43,814 nucleotides of DNA from an uncultured Erysipelotrichaceae bacterium (lineage in GTDB: Bacteria; Bacillota_I; Bacilli_A; RF39; UBA660). The translations under genes were made by a program, and so were the position numbers. This document shows positions 36,564-43,814 of this stretch, one piece after another (the first letter of the stretch is position 1; every line of letters starts with the position of its first letter). The notes under the pieces are model-generated. The model was not told the origin of the DNA. It ran no database searches and saw nothing but the letters and a program-made list of their open reading frames with translations. Where the stretch lies: positions 1 through 43,814 of the forward strand of contig CADALJ010000006.1 in the NCBI GenBank assembly GCA_902788735.1, given 5' to 3'.

Positions 36564-37218
36564 GTACTTCTTTATCTTTATATTCTTCTTGTACTTGTTT
36601 TAATATCTCTTTTGTATATATATGTAAGTTTTGATATTCTTTTAAATCATTTTCACTAATTTCAACGTGATATGCTTCATGAGCTAAGTTAACATTCGCT
36701 ATTAGACAAGTAATAATATTTTTTAATGATTTTAAATTATCTTCTAATTGATCTTCATCTACTATTTCATAATCTAGTGTATCTATAATATAAATATTTT
36801 CTCCATTAAATAAAGTATTACGCCAAGTTAGGTTAATTGCATATATATTATTCTTAGATAATATGTATATATCTTTTATTAATGGAATAAGAGCTTTTTT
36901 AATTTTATCTATATTAGGAATTTTCCAATTACAAAATGATGGTATTTTAAATTCATTATTTTTTATATATGGAGTTTTATAAGAAAATATTTTATTATTA
37001 CATCTATATATTTCTTCTGGAAATAAAAATGATTTCAAATTTAAATCATCTTTACAAATAGGATTTTCAATATCACGTTCTTCTTTATATATTTTATAGG
37101 TATCATCATTGATTACATAACATGTGCCTTCTCCACCAGGCTTTAAGCTTTGATGTTTTTCTATATTATTCTTAAATATTTCTTTTTCTTTTTCATTAAA
37201 ATCAAGTATTAATGACAT
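36541..37218 (-). CDS. protein-kinase-like fold protein, paralog 3 (catalytic Asp appears as Asn)
   Basis: PGGEGTCY, YKIY, IYAINLTWRNTLF, IDT. Confidence 0.65.
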   Translation of the reverse strand: MSLILDFNEKEKEIFKNNIEKHQSLKPGGEGTCYVINDDTYKIYKEERDIENPICKDDLNLKSFLFPEEIYRCNNKIFSYKTPYIKNNEFKIPSFCNWKIPNIDKIKKALIPLIKDIYILSKNNIYAINLTWRNTLFNGENIYIIDTLDYEIVDEDQLEDNLKSLKNIITCLIANVNLAHEAYHVEISENDLKEYQNLHIYTKEILKQVQEEYKDKEVQKIKRSK

Positions 37219-37233
37219 AATTAATTTTCCCCC

Positions 37234-37902
37234 TTAATTAATAAATGTCTTTTGTTTAGTAGTTTCATCTTTTTCTATTTGTATAGCTATTTCATCAATA
37301 TATGGAAGCAGTCCTTCTAATTTTTGTTTATAATGCGTATCTTCATGTTTACGATTCATAAAATAGAATTCAAAAAAATCTATATAATTTAGTATTGCTT
37401 CTTTTACTAAATTAACATTTCTTTCATATGGGTCATATTCAACAATTTTATATGATAATGTATCTATGGCATAAAGTTTTTCTCCGTCGAACAATGTGTT
37501 ATTATCAAGATCATATGTGTATATGTTGTTTTGAGATAATAAATATATGTCTTTAATGAAAGAATGAAGTGCTTTTTTTATTTTCTCTACATTAGGAGTA
37601 ATGCCTTTTCTTAATTTCTTTCTGTCTAGATAGTCATATGGAATATATCTCATTTTACAAGCAAAAGTATCATCTTCACATGTATATATTTCGTCTGGAA
37701 ATATGAACGATTCTATATTTAAATCATCTTTACAAATAGTATTATGTATACGATGATTCATTTCTTCGTTATATATTTTATAAACACAATTATCTTTTAA
37801 ATAGCAGTTTGCTTCAGATCCGAAATCAAGATATTGTTCGTGCTCAATGATTTTAGTAAAAAATTCTTTTTCATCTTTTTCAAAATCAAGTATTACTGAC
37901 AT
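37234..37902 (-). CDS. protein-kinase-like fold protein, paralog 2
   Basis: FGSEANCY, VYKIY, IYTYDLDNNTLF, IDT. Confidence 0.65.
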   Translation of the reverse strand: MSVILDFEKDEKEFFTKIIEHEQYLDFGSEANCYLKDNCVYKIYNEEMNHRIHNTICKDDLNIESFIFPDEIYTCEDDTFACKMRYIPYDYLDRKKLRKGITPNVEKIKKALHSFIKDIYLLSQNNIYTYDLDNNTLFDGEKLYAIDTLSYKIVEYDPYERNVNLVKEAILNYIDFFEFYFMNRKHEDTHYKQKLEGLLPYIDEIAIQIEKDETTKQKTFIN

Positions 37903-37927
37903 AACTAATTTTCCCCCTAGATTAGTT

Positions 37928-38590
37928 TTATCTTCTTTGAATTGTTGTGTTACTATTATCTTTTATATTGTTAGATAATTCATCAATATATGGAATTAAT
38001 TCACGACATTTATCTTTAAATTCTTTGTTTTCTCCATTAAGTTCTTCATAGAAAAATTTATATGATTCTATATATAATTCAATAATTCCTTTTGCTAATT
38101 CAATGTTTGATTCATATGGATTATAAGAAACTTTTTCATATGTTAGTGTATCTATAGCATAAAGATTTTCTCCATCAAATATTGTGTTTAGTGAAAGATC
38201 TTTTGCGTATATATAATTATTAGATAATTCATATATATCTTTAATAAATGGTTCTAATGCTTTTTTCAATTTATCTAAATCTGGTGTATTTCCTAAATAT
38301 ATGTGATCTGTATTAAAATAGTTTTCTTCTATATATTTAGTTCTAGTGGCAAATACTTCGTCATCGCATTTAAATATTTCATTTGGAAATAAAATATGTT
38401 CTAAATCCAAATCGTCTTTACAAATAATATTATTTATACAATGATCTTTTTTATTATCATTATATACTTTATATACATTATTACCATCTAAATAACAATC
38501 AGCTTCAGTACCTTTACCAACATTTTTAAGATGTTTCCAATTGTTTGCAATTATTCTTCTTTGTTCTTTATCAAAATTTATTATTGGCAT
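37928..38590 (-). CDS. protein-kinase-like fold protein, paralog 1
   Basis: GKGTEADCY, VYKVY, IYAKDLSLNTIF, IDT. Confidence 0.68.
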   Translation of the reverse strand: MPIINFDKEQRRIIANNWKHLKNVGKGTEADCYLDGNNVYKVYNDNKKDHCINNIICKDDLDLEHILFPNEIFKCDDEVFATRTKYIEENYFNTDHIYLGNTPDLDKLKKALEPFIKDIYELSNNYIYAKDLSLNTIFDGENLYAIDTLTYEKVSYNPYESNIELAKGIIELYIESYKFFYEELNGENKEFKDKCRELIPYIDELSNNIKDNSNTTIQRR

Positions 38591-38608
38591 TATTTCCTCC
38601 TAATTTTA

Positions 38609-39172
38609 TTATATACCTCTCATTTGATCTTTACCTTTAAATGGATTTTTAGGATCAATATGATCTATAAACAAGATACCATTTAAGTGATCTAATTCAT
38701 GTTGGAAACAAATTGCTAGTTCTTCACGAGCTCTTACATGAATTTTTCTTCCTTCCATATCATATGCTTCCATTGTAACTCTTGCGTATCTTGGAACAAT
38801 TCCTTCTACAGGACGATTAATTGATAAGCATCCTTCTCCTTCTTCAACATAGATTTGTTCCATTGAGTTACTTATTATTTTTGGATTAATTAATATATAA
38901 GTTTCAAATTCTTTTTTCTCGTCATCTGGTCCGCTTATTTCATTTACTACAACAAAGTATCTTTTAAGTATACCAAGTTGAACTGCGCTCATTCCCATAC
39001 CAGGACGTAAGTCATATTTTTCACTTAATTCATCTATTTGACTATCATGAAGATATTTAATCATGATATCTATTGTTTCTTTATCTTCTTTAGTTAAAGG
39101 AAAAGTAACTTCTTTAGAAACTTGTCTTAATCTTTTATCTTTTTCGTCTAATATATCTTTTGTTTTTAACAC
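38609..39172 (-). CDS. def: peptide deformylase (Gram-positive type)
   Basis: GMGMSAVQLG, EGCLS, QHELDH; GAGGTG RBS before GTG 39172. Confidence 0.96.
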   Translation of the reverse strand: MLKTKDILDEKDKRLRQVSKEVTFPLTKEDKETIDIMIKYLHDSQIDELSEKYDLRPGMGMSAVQLGILKRYFVVVNEISGPDDEKKEFETYILINPKIISNSMEQIYVEEGEGCLSINRPVEGIVPRYARVTMEAYDMEGRKIHVRAREELAICFQHELDHLNGILFIDHIDPKNPFKGKDQMRGI

Positions 39173-39225
39173 TAGTACCACCTCAACGCCTATATTTTAT
39201 CACAAAATAAAAAAAAGAGCAATTA

Positions 39226-39369
39226 TTAATTGCCCCATCTAGTACCGATGATTATTACTAATAGGATAAATAATACTAAGATAATAGCATAGTTATTATT
39301 ATTTCCTGTCATAGGATAGTAGTAAGTGTTTGTGTTAGGACAGCAACTTCCTCCACCATAATAATACAT
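39226..39369 (-). CDS. YjcZ/SscA-family small sporulation membrane protein (47 aa), not in ORF track
   Basis: MYYYGGGSCC...YAIILVLFILLVIIIG; AAAGGAGG RBS. Confidence 0.8.
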   Translation of the reverse strand: MYYYGGGSCCPNTNTYYYPMTGNNNNYAIILVLFILLVIIIGTRWGN

Positions 39370-39483
39370 AAAATACCTCCTTTACTTATCTAATATAAAG
39401 TATGTTAATTTACATATTTTGTGAGTAATAATTAATTAATTTAATTATTTTTGTGATATATTTATTATAAAGGAGAGAATGCT

Positions 39484-40620
39484 ATGAAAAAGGTAATAAA
39501 ATATATTGATAAGCCATTATTATTTGTCACAGTAGTTTTATTTATCTTTGGACTTATTATGGTATTTTCTGCATCTAATGTAACTGCTTATATGACACAT
39601 GCAGTTAGTCCATATAATTATTTTATAAAACAAGGTATTTTCTTAGTAATTGGATTTTTATTATTCTTATTTATGATGAAATTTAATGTTAAAAGTTATG
39701 GTATGTTTTCAAGAGGATTATTATTAATATCTATTGTTTCTTTAATAGCTTTATTGATATATGGAACTGCACAAAATCAAGCAGTAAGTTGGTTTGATTT
39801 AGGACCATTTAGTATTCAACCTAGTGAATTTATTAAAGTTATAACTATAGTATTTTTGGCTGATTATTATGAGAGAAATATAAAAAAATTAGATGGTTGG
39901 GGTAGTAGTTTATTTCCTATAGGAATATGTGGACTTATTGCTGGATTAATATTTCTACAACCTGATTTGGGTACTACAATAATATATTGTGCGGTAGTTG
40001 GAATTATTTTTTTAGCAGTTCCTATTAATAAAGAAATTAAATATAAAACAGTTTTTGCTATTGGTGGTTTAATAGTATTTGGAGCATTGGTTTTATTTGG
40101 TTCTGGGAAAGGTGTTTTATTAGAAAGACAAATGCAAAGATTTGATTTTACTAAACCATGCGAAAGAATATTAGATACTGGTAATCAAGTATGTAATTGT
40201 TATATAGCTATTAATAATGGTGGATTAACTGGTGTAGGGCTTGGTAACTCTACACAAAAATACTTGTATTTACCTGAACCATATACAGACTTTATTTATG
40301 CAATAATTGTAGAAGAATTAGGTGTAATAGTTGGGGTAGTATTAATATTACTTTATGTATTTATTCTATATAGGATATTACTTATAGGTAGACGTAGTCC
40401 TAATAATAGAGGGGCTGTACTTTGCTATGGAGTTGCAGCTTATATCTTCTTTCATATAGCTATTAATTTATTAGGAATTATGGGATTAATGCCTATGACA
40501 GGAGTTCCACTTCCTTTTATGAGTTATGGTGGTAGTTTTACAATTTGTTTAATAGCGGCTTTAACTATAGTACAAAGAGTTAGTGTAGAAAATGGTATGT
40601 TAAAAGAGAAGGGAGTATAG
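39484..40620 (+). CDS. SEDS family protein (FtsW/RodA/SpoVE)
   Basis: IQPSEFIK, LQPDLGT, YLPEPYTDFI, TGVPLPFMSYGG. Confidence 0.93.
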   Translation: MKKVIKYIDKPLLFVTVVLFIFGLIMVFSASNVTAYMTHAVSPYNYFIKQGIFLVIGFLLFLFMMKFNVKSYGMFSRGLLLISIVSLIALLIYGTAQNQAVSWFDLGPFSIQPSEFIKVITIVFLADYYERNIKKLDGWGSSLFPIGICGLIAGLIFLQPDLGTTIIYCAVVGIIFLAVPINKEIKYKTVFAIGGLIVFGALVLFGSGKGVLLERQMQRFDFTKPCERILDTGNQVCNCYIAINNGGLTGVGLGNSTQKYLYLPEPYTDFIYAIIVEELGVIVGVVLILLYVFILYRILLIGRRSPNNRGAVLCYGVAAYIFFHIAINLLGIMGLMPMTGVPLPFMSYGGSFTICLIAALTIVQRVSVENGMLKEKGV

Positions 40621-40644
40621 AAAGCAATTTGCTTTCTTTTTTTT
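40619..40644 (+). terminator. intrinsic terminator
   Basis: AGAAAGCA/TGCTTTCT plus T run. Confidence 0.7.
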
Positions 40645-40680
40645 ATTTTGATATAATAATTCACTGCAAGGGGAGTTATT

Positions 40681-41751
40681 ATGGCATTTAATGATATAAA
40701 AAAATTAAAAGAAATACTAGAATTAGGAATTAAAAATAGTTCTAATGTTTTTGTTGTTGGTCATAATAATCCTGATTTTGATTCAATAGGTTCTAGTATA
40801 GGCCTTGCTAGATTAGTAAAAGAATATAATAAAGATGTTTATATAATAGTAGATGATTTAAAATTAAATCTCCAATCTGGTATAGTTACTGTAATGGATT
40901 CAGTAAAAGATAATTATACTTTTATTAAGAAAAAAGATATAGATAAATTGGTATCTGACACTTCACTTTTATTAGTAACTGATGTTAATAAGAAGAGTAT
41001 GATTTCTGTTGGAGATATGTTAGATAGATTTGGTGATATTGTTGTAATAGATCATCATACTGAAAATGAAGATAGTATTATAACTCCATATAAATTTGTG
41101 GATTTAAGTGTATCAAGTGCTAGTGAAGTAGTTACTCGTATATTAAATAGTTCAAAGATTAAGTATGATGCTAATGTAGCTAACGCATTACTTGCTGGTA
41201 TAGAATTAGATACAAAAAGATTTAGATATAATACATCTCCTACGACCCATGATGCTGCAGAAAAACTACAAATTAACGGAGCTGATGATGATGATATTTC
41301 TGATTTGTTTTTAGAGGAATTTGATGATTATTGCAGAATAAGTAATTTGATAGTTAATGGAACACTTATTTATAAGTATAGTGATACTTTGGGGGTATCT
41401 TTTACTTTAAATAGAAATGAACCTAAAAAAATATATCGCGTTGAAGATTGTGCTAAGTCAGCAGTTAAAATGCTTTCATTTAAAAAGATAGATGCTGCAT
41501 TTTCATTAGGATATGTATCAAATAATGAAATACATATTTCGGCTAGAGGAAATGGTAGAGTTGATGTTTCAAAAGTTATGATGGAACTTGGTGGTGGCGG
41601 AAATGAAACATGTGCTGGTTGTAAAGTTGAATCAGAAGATATATTTGAAGTAGAAAAGAAATTAATGGATAGTGTTAAAATTGGAGTTGATCCTAGTGAA
41701 AAATTATATAAAACACCAAAACTACTTAGAAAAAAACAAGTAAAAAGATAA
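40681..41751 (+). CDS. DHH/DHHA1 phosphoesterase (GdpP catalytic-domain-like)
   Basis: GHNNPDFDSIGS, TD, IDHH, LDT, ISAR, GGGG. Confidence 0.88.
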   Translation: MAFNDIKKLKEILELGIKNSSNVFVVGHNNPDFDSIGSSIGLARLVKEYNKDVYIIVDDLKLNLQSGIVTVMDSVKDNYTFIKKKDIDKLVSDTSLLLVTDVNKKSMISVGDMLDRFGDIVVIDHHTENEDSIITPYKFVDLSVSSASEVVTRILNSSKIKYDANVANALLAGIELDTKRFRYNTSPTTHDAAEKLQINGADDDDISDLFLEEFDDYCRISNLIVNGTLIYKYSDTLGVSFTLNRNEPKKIYRVEDCAKSAVKMLSFKKIDAAFSLGYVSNNEIHISARGNGRVDVSKVMMELGGGGNETCAGCKVESEDIFEVEKKLMDSVKIGVDPSEKLYKTPKLLRKKQVKR

Positions 41752-41816
41752 AAAATATTAAAGAAAAGTTGGAAAACTTTTCTTTTTTTTCGAATAATAT
41801 AGTAGGAGGTGTTATT

Positions 41817-42482
41817 ATTACATTTAAATATCGTTATAGAAAACAAATTATTATAGGGATAATTATATTTATTATTATAGGAGGGACAGTTGGATTTTTA
41901 ATTTATAAGTTTAAAGATAAGTTTAAAAATAAAGATGATGATATTGTTGTTGAAAAAAGTATTACTAAAAAGAAAAATATATCTGTAGATAAGTATCAAG
42001 TAGATATTAAAGGTGAAATAAATTATCCAGGTATTTATAAAGTAGAGAGTGATTTAAGAGTAATGGATGTTATAAAATTAGCTGGTGATTTAACACCTGA
42101 GGCTGATACTTCAGTAATTAATTTAAGTAAAAAAATAAGTGATGAAATGGTAATAATTATCTATAGTAAAGATGAGGTGGCAGAATTTAAAAAAACAAAA
42201 GAAATAGAAAAACAAGTAGAAGAAAAATGTATTCAAAAAGATGATAATAGTTTAGTAAATGATGCTTGTATTACTTCTTTATCTAGTAATGGAAAAATAA
42301 ATATTAATAATGCTAGTGTTGATGAGTTGAAAAATTTAACTGGAATAGGTGAAAAAAAGGCTAAAGATATAATTTCTTATCGTGATAAAAATGGTTCTTT
42401 TAATACTATTGAAGATATTATGAAAGTAAATGGAATAGGGGAAAGTGCTTTTGCTCAGATTAAGGAAGATATTACTGTGTGA
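41817..42482 (+). CDS. comEA: competence DNA receptor ComEA (probable ATT start)
   Basis: TM, SLBB VDIKGEI..PGIY, HhH ININNAS..L.GIGEKKA; AGGAGGT RBS 6 nt before ATT 41817. Confidence 0.88.
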   Translation: MTFKYRYRKQIIIGIIIFIIIGGTVGFLIYKFKDKFKNKDDDIVVEKSITKKKNISVDKYQVDIKGEINYPGIYKVESDLRVMDVIKLAGDLTPEADTSVINLSKKISDEMVIIIYSKDEVAEFKKTKEIEKQVEEKCIQKDDNSLVNDACITSLSSNGKININNASVDELKNLTGIGEKKAKDIISYRDKNGSFNTIEDIMKVNGIGESAFAQIKEDITV

Positions 42483-43814
42483 TATTTTATATTATATTAT
42501 TTTCATAATAGTAGTAATCATTACTCTGTTGAGGTTATTGATAGTTAGCGATAATTATAAAAGTCCATATATTGGTATAGTTACAAAGATAGTTAAAATT
42601 AGTGATAAAACTACTATTTATTTAGATGATAAAGTAATAGGTAATGTTTATAAAAATATAGATGTTGCATTAGGAGATAAAGTAAAAGTATATGGTGAGT
42701 TTAATAATAGATATATAGCTATTAATAAATATAAAATATTAAGTAAAAATAAAAATATATATTATTTTATTAAAAGTATTATTACTAAATCGTTTAATAA
42801 TAATCCATATTTATATACATTTATATTAGGTGATAAATCTTATGTAAGTAAAAAAGTAGTTAGATCTTATCAAGAAAATGGAATAAGTCATTTATTTGCT
42901 ATTAGTGGAATGCATATTAGTTTATTAGTTTTAATTATAAATAAGTTATTAAAAAAAATTAATGAATATAAAAAATTTAAAATTACTAGTATTATTTTAT
43001 TTATATATTTATTATTAGTGGGATTTTCTCCTTCTATATTAAGAGGTGTCTTATTTTATTTTTTATTTACCATTAATAATTTATATTATTTTTATGTCAA
43101 AAAGATTAATTTATTTATATTAATTCTTTCTATAGCTTTATTAATAAATCCTAATTATGTATATGATGTAGGATTTTTATATTCTTATAGTATTAGTTTA
43201 TCTTTACTTATATTTAGTGATTATTTAAAAGGTAATTATTTTATTAGTCTTTTAAAAGTATCAATTATTTCTAGTTTGGTAAGTATTCCTATTACTCTTT
43301 ATAATTTCTATCAAATTAATTTATTAAGTATTATTTATAATTTGTTTTTTGTTCCATTAGTTAGTTTTATAATATTTCCTTTTACTTTAATAGTATTAAT
43401 TATTAAGCCATTAGAACCTATTTATAATTTATTAATTAAAGTATTAGAAGATAGTTCGTTATTTCTTAGTAATATAGATTTATTTAAATTTAGTTTTAGA
43501 AAACTAAATATTTTCTTTTATATTTTTTATTTTATTTTAATTATGTTTTTTTTATTTAAAAATAAGAAAATTTATTTATATATATTTTTATTTTTATTAA
43601 TAATTCATTTCTTTTTACCTAGTAATAATTATGTAGAATTTATTAATGTTGGACAAGGTGATTCTAGTTTAATACATTTAAATAATAAAAATATAATGAT
43701 TGATACTGGAGGTAATAGAAATAGAGAAATATATTTTTATAATATACAACCAGTACTTAGAAGTAATGGAATAAATAAGATAGATTATTTAGTTTTAACT
43801 CATGGAGACTTTGA
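42451..43814 (+). CDS. comEC: competence channel ComEC/Rec2 (runs off window end)
   Basis: open frame with GISHLFAISGMH, SPSILR, VGQGDS, IDTGG, LTHGDF; follows comEA; start TTG 42451 or GTG 42445. Confidence 0.9.
   Translation, partial: MLRLRKILLCDILYYIIFIIVVIITLLRLLIVSDNYKSPYIGIVTKIVKISDKTTIYLDDKVIGNVYKNIDVALGDKVKVYGEFNNRYIAINKYKILSKNKNIYYFIKSIITKSFNNNPYLYTFILGDKSYVSKKVVRSYQENGISHLFAISGMHISLLVLIINKLLKKINEYKKFKITSIILFIYLLLVGFSPSILRGVLFYFLFTINNLYYFYVKKINLFILILSIALLINPNYVYDVGFLYSYSISLSLLIFSDYLKGNYFISLLKVSIISSLVSIPITLYNFYQINLLSIIYNLFFVPLVSFIIFPFTLIVLIIKPLEPIYNLLIKVLEDSSLFLSNIDLFKFSFRKLNIFFYIFYFILIMFFLFKNKKIYLYIFLFLLIIHFFLPSNNYVEFINVGQGDSSLIHLNNKNIMIDTGGNRNREIYFYNIQPVLRSNGINKIDYLVLTHGDF

Noticed and set aside
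42690-42725. Possibly shortened OB region in ComEC (GEFNNRYIAI)
   Set aside because: The region is variable among ComEC proteins and the frame is intact; a deletion cannot be judged without an alignment.

Overview
Very AT-rich chromosomal segment of a low-GC Bacilli genome. It uses the standard code (TGA is a stop), and gene content and style suggest an uncultured RF39/Erysipelotrichales-like lineage (inference). The backbone is translation and RNA housekeeping: glyQS, infC-rpmI-rplT-rpsB-tsf, frr, pheST, rimM-trmD, rimP-nusA-ylxR-infB-rbfA, rpsO-pnp, smc, def, a SEDS gene, a DHH phosphoesterase and comEA-comEC, with accessory genes interleaved. Main points: (1) Both T-box riboswitches (Gly, Phe) share a non-canonical expression platform. 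Neither has a separate terminator hairpin; Stem III can instead strand-exchange with downstream RNA, extending the antiterminator into a long hairpin followed by a U-tract. (2) A SipW-type peptidase fused to a polytopic membrane domain lies beside DUF5305-like and TasA/camelysin-like genes, one with a 14-Cys insert, giving a candidate surface-fibre system. (3) Three minimal protein-kinase-fold paralogs are arranged in tandem. (4) L20 and S2 carry long charged tails, and S2 ends in a Rho-N-like domain. (5) tsf has an apparent internal deletion and smc a frameshift, both possibly assembly artefacts. No tRNA, rRNA, CRISPR array or transposase was seen. All family assignments come from motifs read by eye; no searches or folding programs were run.
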